A stretch of 64,000 bases of DNA from positions 2,208,001 through 2,272,000 of the forward strand of contig OZ245777.1 of assembly GCA_965227775.1 (NCBI GenBank). The letters run 5' to 3'. The notes under the pieces were generated by a model. It was not told the origin of the DNA and did not search any database. It saw only the letters and a program-made list of their open reading frames with translations. This document shows, piece by piece, positions 39,543 to 49,532 of the stretch (its first letter is position 1; each line of letters begins with the position of its first letter). Made by a program: the position numbers and the translations under genes. Source of the stretch: Phycisphaerales bacterium (GTDB lineage Bacteria > Planctomycetota > Phycisphaerae > Phycisphaerales > UBA1924).

Positions 39543-40268
39543 CTTCCCCTTCGATGCACCCTTCTTGCTGCTCCGCGCATTCTCACAGAAGCGTTGGCAG
39601 ATGCTGTCATTCTCGCACAGCCAGCCGCGGGCCTTGCACGCCTGCCGCCCATGGAAGATGATGCGGTGGCTCAGGTCGGCCCACTGGTCGCGCGGAAACA
39701 GGGCGATGAGATGCCGCTCGACCATTGCGACGGTCGCGTCTTCGGGCGCGAGCCCGAATCGCTTGCTCAGCCGCTCGATGTGCGTGTCAACGACGAATCC
39801 CTCGTTGATTCCATACGCGTTGCCGAGTACGACGCTGGCGGTCTTGCGCGCGACGCCGCGGAGGGTGAGCAGCTCGTCCATCGTCCTCGGAACTTCGCCG
39901 CCGAAGTCATTGACGACGCTGGTCATGGCCGTATGTATGGCCTTGGCTTTGTTCCGATATAGGCCGATCGACTTGACGTACTTCTCGATCTTCGCGGGCG
40001 TGGCGTTGGCAAAGTCCTGCGGCGTAGGGAAGGCCGCGAAGAGTGCCGGCGTCGCCTTATTCACGCCCACGTCCGTCGCCTGGGCCGACAGGATCGTTGC
40101 GATCAGCAGCTCGTGCGGGCTTGTGAAGTCCAGCTCGCAATGTGCGTCCGGGTACCGCTCGGCCAGAGCCTTGGCGATACGCCTTGCGCGGGACTTCTCG
40201 GCCTTGGTCACCTCGGGCACGCGGAAGGGCAGGTCGCGCAAGCCTCTGGGATTGCCGGGCGTGCGCAC
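39480..40268 (-). CDS. nth: Endonuclease III
   Basis: LLIATILSAQATD, IGLYRNKAK, HhH LRGVARKTA, VDTHI, HGRQAC; GTG start next to the upstream stop. Confidence 0.92.
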   Translation of the reverse strand: MRTPGNPRGLRDLPFRVPEVTKAEKSRARRIAKALAERYPDAHCELDFTSPHELLIATILSAQATDVGVNKATPALFAAFPTPQDFANATPAKIEKYVKSIGLYRNKAKAIHTAMTSVVNDFGGEVPRTMDELLTLRGVARKTASVVLGNAYGINEGFVVDTHIERLSKRFGLAPEDATVAMVERHLIALFPRDQWADLSHRIIFHGRQACKARGWLCENDSICQRFCENARSSKKGASKGKRARRDSNAEPLASEASALSS

Positions 40269-40270
40269 GG

Positions 40271-40924
40271 TCAACGGCGCAGCCCCTTGGCCAGTGCGGG
40301 TTCCTGGAGCCCGGAGGGCCTCGGTGCCGGCGTTCGATCGCCCGCGCCGCCCGTCATCACTCGCCGGGTGGTGGCCAGCGTAAAGCCAAGAGCGCCCAGC
40401 GACAGCAGCAGGCTCGCGACCATCACGTTGCTGGCGGTCTTGTGGTGCACGTCGTACGCCTGTTGCAAGGCGATTGCGTTCTCGGTGTCGCCCAAGGCAG
40501 CCGCCTGGCGGTACGCCGAAAGGTCGAGCTGCATCGCCGGATCGAGAACGGCGAAGCGATACGTCATGATGCCGACCATCGCCATGACCAGCAGGGCGCG
40601 GATGGCCGCGGTCCAGGAGCGAGGGTGCGGGTATCCGCGCCAGCACGCGAGCGCGAACGCCGCTCCGCCGATGCAGATCGCCAGGAAGCCAACCGCGTCG
40701 GCCCCGATGAACAGCCGTTCGGCGACGTATCCGCCCAGCAGACGCCAGTGCTCGCCGGCATACGCCGCGAACTCGGGCAGCGTCGGGTCGAGCCGCTTGA
40801 GCAGCGTGAACACGAAGTACGCGGTGAGCCCCGTGACCAGCAGCGCGCCCGACCAGGTCGCCCAGGCGGCGACCTGGATGGCCTCGAGGCGGTAGGGGGG
40901 AGGGCGAACACCGTCTGGCTTCAT
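40271..40924 (-). CDS. Four-TM membrane protein (DUF4149-like)
   Basis: Hydrophobic segments, YDVHHKTAS before the last TM. Confidence 0.7.
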   Translation of the reverse strand: MKPDGVRPPPYRLEAIQVAAWATWSGALLVTGLTAYFVFTLLKRLDPTLPEFAAYAGEHWRLLGGYVAERLFIGADAVGFLAICIGGAAFALACWRGYPHPRSWTAAIRALLVMAMVGIMTYRFAVLDPAMQLDLSAYRQAAALGDTENAIALQQAYDVHHKTASNVMVASLLLSLGALGFTLATTRRVMTGGAGDRTPAPRPSGLQEPALAKGLRR

Positions 40925-41005
40925 AGACAGAGCCTAGCCGTGTGGCAGCCGCGCCTGGCTGCGCCGGGCCTACAACATTGGGTGTTCCAGCAGGGTTCCA
41001 ACGAG

Positions 41006-41767
41006 ATGCTCGGGCTCGGCTTGTGCGCCTGGCGCGACGGGTCGGCGCGCGAGGCGGTGGCGCTCGCCGCCGAGCTTGGCTACCGGGCCGTCCAGCTCGA
41101 CGCGACCCATCCGCAGACGCGGCCCCGCTCGCTCGACCGGTCGGCCCGACGAGACCTGGCCGCCTTGCTCCGGCGCCACCAGCTCCGCTGCACGGGGCTC
41201 GACCTGTGGCTGCCGCCCGCGCACCTTTCCGAGGGGCCGCACGTGGAGCGTGCGACCGAGGCAATCGTTGACGCCATCGGACTGGCGCGCGAGCTGGCCG
41301 GTCTCGTTGAGACTCGGGCGATCTTGAGCCTGGTGCTGCCGGCAGACGCGAACGCCGAGGCGATGGCGGTGATCGAGGCCGCCGGGCGGAAGCATGAGGT
41401 GTCCCTCGCCGACCACACGTGGCCGGCGCGCGAGGCTGGCGATGTGGGAGCCGATGTCGGGCTCGATCCATCCATGGCCATCATGGCCAACCAGAGCCCC
41501 GCGAAAGCCGTCACGCAGCTCGGCCCGCGCCTCGCGACCGCTCGCCTGCGCGACGCCGGGGTCTCGGGTCACGTCCCCGTGGATTCGGCCAGCGGCACGC
41601 TGGACGTTTCGGCCTTCGCCGCGGCGCTCTCGATCTCGGCCCCGAACATTCCGGTCGTCGCCGACGTTCGCTCGCTGCGAGACGCCAGCTCGGCGGCGGC
41701 ATCAGCGCTGCGGGCATGGGTCGATGCGAGGGCACCGTTCGCATCGCGGGAGAACGAGCCCTCATGA
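41006..41767 (+). CDS. Sugar phosphate isomerase/epimerase-like TIM barrel protein
   Basis: AAELGYRAVQLD, LDRSARRDL, GLDP; ATGA overlap with the next gene. Confidence 0.75.
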   Translation: MLGLGLCAWRDGSAREAVALAAELGYRAVQLDATHPQTRPRSLDRSARRDLAALLRRHQLRCTGLDLWLPPAHLSEGPHVERATEAIVDAIGLARELAGLVETRAILSLVLPADANAEAMAVIEAAGRKHEVSLADHTWPAREAGDVGADVGLDPSMAIMANQSPAKAVTQLGPRLATARLRDAGVSGHVPVDSASGTLDVSAFAAALSISAPNIPVVADVRSLRDASSAAASALRAWVDARAPFASRENEPS

Positions 41768-42738
41768 AGATCGCAATCGCTCAGATCGCTCCCGTCCTGC
41801 TCGACCGCAATGCCACCACCGAGCGCGCCGTTGCGGCGATCGGCCAGGCGGGCCACGCCGGAGCCTCGCTCGTTGCGTTCGGCGAGACGTTCCTTCCCGC
41901 CTATCCCCTCTGGCTGGCGCGGCAGGATGCGTCGCGATTCGATGCCAGCGACGTGAAGGACGTGCACGCCGCGTACCTCGACCAGGCGGTGCAGATTGGC
42001 ACGGGCCACCTCCGGCCGATCCAGGAAGCGGCCAAGCGGGCGGGCATCACCGTCGCCATCGGCATTGCCGAGCGGGCCGAGGACCGCGGCGGGCACACGA
42101 TCTACTGCAGTGCAGTGGTGGTCGACGACGCCGGCGAGATTCGCAGCGTGCACCGGAAGCTCGTGCCGACGTACGAGGAACGGCTGGCCTGGGGTGCCGG
42201 CGACGGCCACGGCCTGCGTGCCCACCGCGTCGGCCCGTTCACGATGGGCGTTTTGAACTGCTGGGAGAATTGGATGCCGCTGGCCCGCTCGGCCCTGCAC
42301 GCCCAGGGTGTCGACCTGCACCTTGCTCTGTGGCCCGGCTGCGAGCGACTGACCAAGGACATCACCAGGTTCATCGCCCGCGAGGCCCGCAGCTACGTCG
42401 TGTCGGCCAGCGCCATCATCAGGCCGTCGGACGTGCCTGATAGCGTGCCGCATCGGGCGACGTGGATCGATCACGGTATCTCGCAAGGCTGCTTCTACGA
42501 CGGCGGTTCGTGCGTCGCGGGGCCTGATGGCGAGTGGGTCTTGCCGCCCGTCGTTGGCAAAGAGGATCTGCTCGTTGTCGGCATCGAGCCGTCGCGTGTT
42601 CTCGAGGAGCGGCAGAACTTCGATCCCTCCGGCCACTACGCAAGGCCCGACGTGCTCCGGCTGAGTGTCGATCGAACACGCCAGGGCGTTGCGTTCGTGG
42701 ACGACCTCGATGCGGATGGATCGGCAGATCGGCCGTAG
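41764..42738 (+). CDS. Nitrilase (carbon-nitrogen hydrolase)
   Basis: Catalytic E-K-C: FGETF, HRKLVPTYEER, CWENWMP; FDPSGHYARPD. Confidence 0.93.
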   Translation: MKIAIAQIAPVLLDRNATTERAVAAIGQAGHAGASLVAFGETFLPAYPLWLARQDASRFDASDVKDVHAAYLDQAVQIGTGHLRPIQEAAKRAGITVAIGIAERAEDRGGHTIYCSAVVVDDAGEIRSVHRKLVPTYEERLAWGAGDGHGLRAHRVGPFTMGVLNCWENWMPLARSALHAQGVDLHLALWPGCERLTKDITRFIAREARSYVVSASAIIRPSDVPDSVPHRATWIDHGISQGCFYDGGSCVAGPDGEWVLPPVVGKEDLLVVGIEPSRVLEERQNFDPSGHYARPDVLRLSVDRTRQGVAFVDDLDADGSADRP

Positions 42739-42750
42739 ACTCGCTCCGCC

Positions 42751-44235
42751 GTGCCCAAGCCGCTGCTCTCCATTGTGACCCCGTCGCTCAATCAGGGACA
42801 GTTCCTTGGCGAGTGCCTTGAGTCGGTCGCTCGCGAGATGGCCGCGCCGGAAGCCGAGCGGCTCGGCGTCGAGCACATCGTTATGGACGGCGGAAGCACC
42901 GACGGCACGGTGGCACTGCTCGAGCAAGCCGGCCATGTTGCCTACTGGCAGAGCAAGCCCGATGGCGGGCAGAGCGCCGCGATCAACCGGGGTTTGCTGG
43001 ATCATGCAACGGGCCGATACGCGACGTGGCTCAACGCCGACGATTGGTTCGAATCGGGCGCCTTGGGGCCGATGCTCGAGCGGCTGTCGAGCAGTGATCC
43101 GCTGGGCGTGCTCGTCGGCCGTTGCCGATTTGTTCGAGATGGCCAGACGATATTTGCGCCAAAGCCCCCGGAGCCGATCGATGCGACAAACCTGCTTCGC
43201 CTGAGGACCAAGTGGTTTGCGGGCGAACTCATCGTGCAGCCTGAGGCATTCTTCGATCGCCAGCTCTTCGCGCGCATCGGCGGGCTCAACGAGTCGAACC
43301 ACTTCACGATGGACCACGAGATGTGGCTGGGGCTGCTCGAAGCGGGCGCGAGCTTCGAGTCGATCGACCATCCGGTGGCATGCATGCGCGTGCACGCGGG
43401 CCAGAAGACCGCCGACAACCGGCGAATCGTCGCGTCACTCGTCAAGTTTGGCAGGCCCTTCCTTGACCGGTTGCCTCCCGAGTTGGCCAAGGCACCCCGG
43501 CGGGAGTTCGAGGCCCTGGAGCGAAAGCTGCGGCTAAGTGAGCCGGTGCTGCGTCGTCTGGCCCTGCCGTGGTCAGGCGTGGAGCCCACGAGTGATTTGG
43601 TCGCCGGGGATCCAGCTCCGCCAGACTTTCACGTCGCGCCGCTTCGGGCGGTGCTCGCCGATGTTCCGCGAGCACGTGGATTGCTCCGCCGGCCATATCG
43701 CACTCGCGTCGTTGGAGAGGTTCCGAGCGACGGGTTGCCGCTCTCGATCTCGCTTTCAGATGCCAAAGGGGTCGATGCGGTCCTCTTCTGGCATGGCCTG
43801 AGCTCGGCGGCCAATCCCGATGTACAGCTGCGCGAAGCAACCAGCTTGTTGCGGCCGGGTGGGCTCGTGGTAGCCGCGGCCGAACTGGGTCCTTGCGACG
43901 CTGGCTTGCGAACGTATTGCGGGGGCCTGGCGAGCCTGATCGACCAGCAACTCAGCCAGGATCACGATTGGCTCATCGGCCCAGGGGTCATGCCGTGGGT
44001 CGAGTCGATGGCCGAGTCTACCGGTCAGGACGACGCGGCTTGGCTGGGTTCTCATCCACACCCAGGCGGCTTCGACGTCGAGGCCTGCATACAGCGGGCT
44101 GGGTTCGAACGCATCGCGTCTATGGCGTACGGCGGGCTCTCGTGGCACCCGCTCACGCCCTTTGTGGCGGTGGAGGGGGTCGCGGGCCGCGACTCCAACG
44201 CGTGGTATTGCGGTGTGTGGAGCAAGCCGGGCTGA
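42751..44235 (+). CDS. GT2 glycosyltransferase with degenerate methyltransferase-like C-terminal domain
   Basis: SIVTPSLNQG, DGGSTDGT, GQSAAINRG, WLNADD; C-term DAVLFWHGL...LLRPGGLVV. Confidence 0.85.
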   Translation: MPKPLLSIVTPSLNQGQFLGECLESVAREMAAPEAERLGVEHIVMDGGSTDGTVALLEQAGHVAYWQSKPDGGQSAAINRGLLDHATGRYATWLNADDWFESGALGPMLERLSSSDPLGVLVGRCRFVRDGQTIFAPKPPEPIDATNLLRLRTKWFAGELIVQPEAFFDRQLFARIGGLNESNHFTMDHEMWLGLLEAGASFESIDHPVACMRVHAGQKTADNRRIVASLVKFGRPFLDRLPPELAKAPRREFEALERKLRLSEPVLRRLALPWSGVEPTSDLVAGDPAPPDFHVAPLRAVLADVPRARGLLRRPYRTRVVGEVPSDGLPLSISLSDAKGVDAVLFWHGLSSAANPDVQLREATSLLRPGGLVVAAAELGPCDAGLRTYCGGLASLIDQQLSQDHDWLIGPGVMPWVESMAESTGQDDAAWLGSHPHPGGFDVEACIQRAGFERIASMAYGGLSWHPLTPFVAVEGVAGRDSNAWYCGVWSKPG

Positions 44236-44247
44236 CCGCCGGGCTGG

Positions 44248-45354
44248 CTACTGGCTTAGTGCCCGGATGAGCTGGACACGCTCCTGCATCAGCCGCGTCT
44301 GCTCTTGTTGGAGCGGGGCGAGCTGCTGGCGGAGCTCGGTGATCCGCGTCTGCAGCTTCTCGGCGTGGGCTCGGCCATCGACCGTGTCTGCCGTCATCCG
44401 TACCTCGACGGTGAGCTGACGCACGGTTTCCTCGATGTCGATCGAGCGGCGGACGACCCTGGCCAACTCGCCGTTCACGCGGGAGAGCTCGGCTCGCACG
44501 GCAGCCTGGTTGTTGCTGCCATCGTTGAACTGCGCGATGACTCCGGCGTCTCGGGCGGCCGATGTTCCGGGTTCTCCGCCGAGCGACACGTCGGCCGTCG
44601 ACACCCTGATGCGGGTCATGTTCGCCGAGGGTGGGGCGACCGTGACCGAGCGAGCCTGATCGATACCGAGCGCCACGCGGTCTTCGGTGCCGCGGAGACG
44701 GTTCATTCGGAGCGTCCACGCCCTGCGAAGCACGGGCTCGTTGAGTCGCCGCGCCGCGTTGAGATCATCGCGCCGCCCCAGACGGACGCTGACTTCCATC
44801 GGCTCTCCGTTCCGCAGCAGCGCGATGACGCACTCCTCGCCGGGCAGGTGCGAGGCGATCGCCACCGGCAGGTCCATCGACTGTGCTTCGATTGGCGTGC
44901 CCGACAGGCTGAGCACGATATCGCCGCCACGAAGCGTGCCATGGGCGTCGAAGCCCTCGACGGTGTCGCCGAGCCTTACGCCGCGGGACGTCGGAGCCGT
45001 GTCGTAGGTGATGCCGAGTCCTGCGCGAGGCGCGGAAAAGAATGCTTCTTCGGCCGCCAGTTCGAAGCGGGCCAGCACCTCGGCACGATCGCCGTCGTCG
45101 TGCGACTCGCTCTGGAGCCAGTCTTCGAGCGCCTGCTCAAGCACCGTGAGCGCTCGGGCGGGCTCCATCGATCGCGTGAGGTCGAGCAATGCCCCATGCG
45201 CCGCGATGCGGTCGCCCCACGCCTCGCTCGCGAGCGCTGCAACGGCCTTGCGAGCCGCGTCGGCTTCTGGGGTCGAAGGCTGGTGGGCGTGAGCGCCGAA
45301 TGCAACGCTCAGGCTGCACACGACTGCGGCAACATATCCACGAGGGTGCTGCAT
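44248..45354 (-). CDS. Secreted PDZ-domain protein with C-terminal coiled coil
   Basis: Signal peptide, AGLGI...LRGGDIVLSLSG...LLRNG PDZ pattern, heptad-like tail. Confidence 0.8.
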   Translation of the reverse strand: MQHPRGYVAAVVCSLSVAFGAHAHQPSTPEADAARKAVAALASEAWGDRIAAHGALLDLTRSMEPARALTVLEQALEDWLQSESHDDGDRAEVLARFELAAEEAFFSAPRAGLGITYDTAPTSRGVRLGDTVEGFDAHGTLRGGDIVLSLSGTPIEAQSMDLPVAIASHLPGEECVIALLRNGEPMEVSVRLGRRDDLNAARRLNEPVLRRAWTLRMNRLRGTEDRVALGIDQARSVTVAPPSANMTRIRVSTADVSLGGEPGTSAARDAGVIAQFNDGSNNQAAVRAELSRVNGELARVVRRSIDIEETVRQLTVEVRMTADTVDGRAHAEKLQTRITELRQQLAPLQQEQTRLMQERVQLIRALSQ

Positions 45355-45375
45355 AGCAGTGGATAGTACGGCCGG

Positions 45376-46494
45376 TTAGGGCCGCGCGTGCAGCATCACG
45401 TCGCGGGGGTTATCGGCGAGCCACTGGGCCTTTCGTGCCACCATGCGAAGGAACGGGGCCGGGTCGCGCCCGTGGAACGCGCCAGACGTGGCGATCGGCA
45501 CCGCCGCCTCGGCGATCAGCGCCTCGGCCATGAGCCATGGCAGGCCTTCGAGAGACTGCTGTGACACGCCCGGCACTCCGATCATCGCCCGCCCGCCGTG
45601 AACGCCGCCCAGGAACGCCTTCAGCCGGTCGGCGTCGGGCGGCGTGGGCCACTGTCGGAAGTCTGCTCCGGTCCCCTGCAAGGAGAACTGGAGCCCGCCG
45701 TTCGCGATGTCGAGCATCGCTGGAGCCATTCCCGCCGCTTCATGGTCGAGCACCGCCGCGATGGCGTTCTGGTCGAACAGCAGGTTTCCCGGATGCCAGT
45801 CGCCGTGCACGATCTGCAGGCGTTCGTTCGCCAACGCATCTCGGGCGCGAGCGGCGGAACGCTCGTAGAGCGAGCCGAGCCGAGCGGCGAGTTCGTCCCC
45901 GCCGCGTGCATCGAGGGCTTGCGGAAGCCGCGCGAGCGCTCGGCGGATGCGAGCATCGTCGTGGTACACACCCGTGAGCGGCTCACCGATCGAGCGACCC
46001 ATCGCTCCAAGGTGGTCGTGCGCATTGGCCAGCAGCGCGTGGTAGCGGCCGAGCGCCTCGCCTGCCAGCCGGGTCTGCAATGCCGAGCGGTCGCACTTGC
46101 TTCCGCGCACGAAGCCGCACACCTCGTACGCTCGGCCCTCGAGCCGCAACACGCTCGCGCCGCCACGCGTTGGAAGCAAAGGTGCGAGCGGGAAGCCGTG
46201 CGCCGCAAGCCGGCGATGGATCGAGTGGATGACGTGCACGAACTCCGGGCCGTCTCGCCCGGGTGCCAGCCGCTTGAGGACAACGGGCCCCGAGAGCGAC
46301 CCACGCAGCACGATCTTGGGCGCGAGCGGTGACCCTGCAACCAACGGCGCGGCCTTCAGGATCTGCCCGATGGGAAAGTGTACACGGACGTGGTGCACCT
46401 CGCCGACCGCAAATCCTGCCTGGGCCTCGGCCGAAGCAAGGACCTCGGGGTCTACCGGCGTCGCCTGGCTCTGCCTTGGTGCATCCGGGCCCAC
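45376..46494 (-). CDS. APH / type II homoserine kinase-like phosphotransferase
   Basis: VLKR, HGDWHPGNLLF, VLDHE; GTG start just after the yicC stop. Confidence 0.82.
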   Translation of the reverse strand: MGPDAPRQSQATPVDPEVLASAEAQAGFAVGEVHHVRVHFPIGQILKAAPLVAGSPLAPKIVLRGSLSGPVVLKRLAPGRDGPEFVHVIHSIHRRLAAHGFPLAPLLPTRGGASVLRLEGRAYEVCGFVRGSKCDRSALQTRLAGEALGRYHALLANAHDHLGAMGRSIGEPLTGVYHDDARIRRALARLPQALDARGGDELAARLGSLYERSAARARDALANERLQIVHGDWHPGNLLFDQNAIAAVLDHEAAGMAPAMLDIANGGLQFSLQGTGADFRQWPTPPDADRLKAFLGGVHGGRAMIGVPGVSQQSLEGLPWLMAEALIAEAAVPIATSGAFHGRDPAPFLRMVARKAQWLADNPRDVMLHARP

Positions 46495-46498
46495 GGCG

Positions 46499-47377
46499 CT
46501 ACTCGACGTTCTGGACCTGTTCTTTGATCCGGTCGATTGCCGCCTTGGCATCGATTGCCGCCCGCGACAGATCGGCATCGGGGCTCTTGCTGGCGATCGT
46601 GTTCGCCTCGCGAAGCATCTCTTGCGCGATGAAGTCGAGCTTTCGGCCAACAGGGCCTTCTTCCTCGATGGCCGCCAGGAACTGCTCGACGTGCCCGCTC
46701 AATCGTGAGATCTCTTCGTTCACGTCGCACCGCTCGGCGTACGCGGCGACCTCGCGGACGATGTCCACCGGGTCGGACTCGGGCAGGAGTTGCTCGATAC
46801 GTGCCTTGAGGCGGGTCTCGTAGAGCTTGCTGACCTCGGGAGCGCGGTCCTTCACGACTGTGAGGCTGGCGGAGACAACACCACAGAGCTCGACGAGCTC
46901 GGCGTGGAGTGCCTGCCCTTCCTTCACGCGCATCTCGATGAGTTTCTCGCAGGCGTTCGGCAGGAGCTCTTGGAAGGCGGTGTGCGCCGCGGCGAGTCGG
47001 GCGTCCATAGGCTCGGCTCGAAGCACGCCCGGCAGCGAGAGCAAGGTTGCCAGATCAACGGTGGGTGTCGCGCGGTCCGCAGGGATCTGCTCTGACGCCT
47101 GATGGACTGCTGAGAGGTACGCCGCAAGCACCCCGTCGTTGATGGCCCCACCCTGGCCGATGGCTGTGCCCTCGGCGGAGCACCGCACGGTTACGCTGCC
47201 TCGTTGCAGCAGCCCGCGAAGGGTCTCTTCCAGAGAGCCTTCAAGGGGGGCGAACTCATCCGGCAAGCGAACCTGCGCCTTGAGGTACCGATGGTTTACA
47301 GAGCGAACCTCGAGGCTATAGGTCACCCCGCCGCGCTCGAGCCGCGCGTCGCCGAAGCCGGTCATGCTGCGAATCAC
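46499..47377 (-). CDS. yicC: YicC/YloC family endoribonuclease
   Basis: IRSMTGFG, EVRSVNHRYL, DVNEEISRL, GRKLDFIAQEMLREANTIASK, EQVQNVE. Confidence 0.93.
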   Translation of the reverse strand: MIRSMTGFGDARLERGGVTYSLEVRSVNHRYLKAQVRLPDEFAPLEGSLEETLRGLLQRGSVTVRCSAEGTAIGQGGAINDGVLAAYLSAVHQASEQIPADRATPTVDLATLLSLPGVLRAEPMDARLAAAHTAFQELLPNACEKLIEMRVKEGQALHAELVELCGVVSASLTVVKDRAPEVSKLYETRLKARIEQLLPESDPVDIVREVAAYAERCDVNEEISRLSGHVEQFLAAIEEEGPVGRKLDFIAQEMLREANTIASKSPDADLSRAAIDAKAAIDRIKEQVQNVE

Positions 47378-47405
47378 GCGTGCCCCCACGCGCGCTCGGG
47401 ACGGC

Positions 47406-47906
47406 TCACGACCCGGGCTCCGGATCGCCCGCCGCGGGAGTCTCGGGATCTGCGGCTGCTGGCTCCGGATCGCTCGAAGGCTCTTCCGGCTCGTCGGTGG
47501 GGTCCCCGGGCTGAGTTTCGTCACCGGTAGCGGGCGACTCGGCAGGATCACCCAGACCCGGGGCGACAGGGTCGGCTTCGGCTTCGGCTGGTGCCTGCTC
47601 GCCTTCTGGAGCGGCGACGGGCGTGCCGGTGGGCGTACTTGACGGGCGGCTGGTGTAGACCAAGACGATGGCCGTCAGGATGAACAAGATGAAGGTGCCG
47701 ATGGTCATCAGCGTCAGTGCGTCGCCGGTCTTCGCGCCGAAGGCCGTCTGGCCCGACCCGCCGCTCGAGGCGCCGAACGCCCCGCTCAGCCCGCCGCCCG
47801 AAGGCCGCTGGATCAGGACGATCAGGATCATGATGACCGCCACGGCGATGAACACCAGCATGAGCAGGTTGGACAGCACCGGGTTCAACGCGAGCAGCAG
47901 GGGCAT
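47406..47906 (-). CDS. secG: Preprotein translocase subunit SecG with acidic Pro-rich tail
   Basis: VLIQRPSGGGLSGAFG...FGAKTGDALT between two TMs. Confidence 0.9.
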   Translation of the reverse strand: MPLLLALNPVLSNLLMLVFIAVAVIMILIVLIQRPSGGGLSGAFGASSGGSGQTAFGAKTGDALTLMTIGTFILFILTAIVLVYTSRPSSTPTGTPVAAPEGEQAPAEAEADPVAPGLGDPAESPATGDETQPGDPTDEPEEPSSDPEPAAADPETPAAGDPEPGS

Positions 47907-48003
47907 TCAGACCTCCGAGGGACAACCCCCGCCGATGACGGTCCGCGGGGAGCCCTGACTGTAGGGGCCCATCGTGGGTGTAGGTGAGGCTTCGCGGCCG
48001 CGA

Positions 48004-49383
48004 TCAGGCCTGTTGAGGCTCGTCTGCCTGCCGGACACTGGGGCGGCCCACGCTGTGGTGGCTGAAGCCCAACTCGGCCATCTGATCTCGCTTGTACAGG
48101 TTGCGACCGTCGAAGATGACCTTCTCGGCTAGGTGGCGACCCATGCGGGCGAAGTCCGGGGCCTTGAACTCGTCCCAGTCGGTCGAGATCACCACCCCGT
48201 CGCAACCCTCGAGGCAATCGTACATGTCGCTGACGATCTCTACGGGCACGCCCATCTCGTCGAGGGACTGCTTGCCGGTCTTGTCGGCCACCGAGTCGTA
48301 CGCGCGGATGGTCGCGCCGTGCTCATGGGCAAGTTGCATCAGCGTTAGGGCCGGCGCCTCGCGTACATCGTCGGTATTCGGCTTGAAGGCAATGCCCCAG
48401 AAGGCCAGCGTCTTGCCCGCCAGAGAGCCGCCATAGTGGGCGAGGATCTTCTCGAAGAACAACCTGCGCTGCCGCTGGTTCACGTCGTGGACGGCCTGGG
48501 AAAGCTGGGTCTCGAAGCCGACTTGGTCGCCCATGCCGATGACTGCCAGCGTGTCCTTGGGGAAGCAGCTCCCGCCGTAGCCCAGGCCCGGATAGAGGAA
48601 CCTGTTGCCGATACGACTGTCGCTGCACATGCCCTCACGCACGCGGTTGATGTTGGCTCCAAACTGCTCGCAGAGCATCGCCATCTCGTTGATGAAGCTG
48701 ATCTTGGTGGCAAGGAAGTTGTTGCTGGCGTACTTGACCATCTCTGCGGACGGGATGTCCATGATGAAGATCGGGTGCCCATTGCGGGTGAAAGGCTCGT
48801 AGACGTCGCGGAAGCGCCGAGCTGTGAGGTCTTCGGGGTCGTCGGGATTCTCAACGCCGCAGACCACGCGGTCGGGCTTGTTGAAGTCGATGATCGCGTC
48901 GCCTTCCTTCAGAAATTCGGGGTTGTCGCCCACCGTGAAGGGCAGGTCGCCCACGGTCTGGCGTATGCGATCGCGGACGGCCAGGGTGGTGCCAACCGGA
49001 ACCGTGCTCTTGACGACGATGGTCTTGGGGGTCTGGCCCGGCCCAAGCCGCTTGATGACGGCAGCGATGTCGTCGGCGGCCTGCATGACGTACTTCAGGT
49101 TGGCCTTGCCGTCGGCCCCGCTGGGGGTGCCCACGCAGATGAAGATCATCTCCGCGTCCTCGTACGCCTGGTCCTTGTCGAGGGTGGCTACGAGGCGGCC
49201 CGCCTTCAGGTTGCGCTTCATGAGGTCGGTCAGGCCCGGCTCGTAGATGGGGCACTCGCCGCGGTTGATCTGGTCCACCTTGCTCTGCACGACGTCCAGG
49301 CAGACCACGTCGTTTCCGGTGTTTGCGAAGCACACCCCGGTCACCAGCCCAACATACCCCGTGCCCACCATCGTCAGCTTCAT
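48004..49383 (-). CDS. ugd: UDP-glucose 6-dehydrogenase
   Basis: GTGYVG, CVGTP, KSTVPVGT, NPEFLKEG, GYGGSCFPKD, FKPNTDD. Confidence 0.95.
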   Translation of the reverse strand: MKLTMVGTGYVGLVTGVCFANTGNDVVCLDVVQSKVDQINRGECPIYEPGLTDLMKRNLKAGRLVATLDKDQAYEDAEMIFICVGTPSGADGKANLKYVMQAADDIAAVIKRLGPGQTPKTIVVKSTVPVGTTLAVRDRIRQTVGDLPFTVGDNPEFLKEGDAIIDFNKPDRVVCGVENPDDPEDLTARRFRDVYEPFTRNGHPIFIMDIPSAEMVKYASNNFLATKISFINEMAMLCEQFGANINRVREGMCSDSRIGNRFLYPGLGYGGSCFPKDTLAVIGMGDQVGFETQLSQAVHDVNQRQRRLFFEKILAHYGGSLAGKTLAFWGIAFKPNTDDVREAPALTLMQLAHEHGATIRAYDSVADKTGKQSLDEMGVPVEIVSDMYDCLEGCDGVVISTDWDEFKAPDFARMGRHLAEKVIFDGRNLYKRDQMAELGFSHHSVGRPSVRQADEPQQA

Positions 49384-49532
49384 GCGACTCTCCCTGGACG
49401 GCCGCGACTGCTGGCCAATCTGAACCCATTAATCGGCGGCCGACGGCGTGGCCGCGAAATCCCTTGCAGACTCTAGGCGTTGGCCATTTCAGCGATGCCC
49501 ACCTACACGGAGTTGGGCCGCTACAGTCGGCG

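Noticed and set aside
40269..41471. 400-aa N-terminal extension of nth in the ORF track
   Set aside because: Low-complexity Arg/Pro/Ala read-through overlapping two better genes; the real start is near 40268
41569..43395. 608-aa minus-strand ORF
   Set aside because: Antisense to the clear nitrilase and GT2 genes
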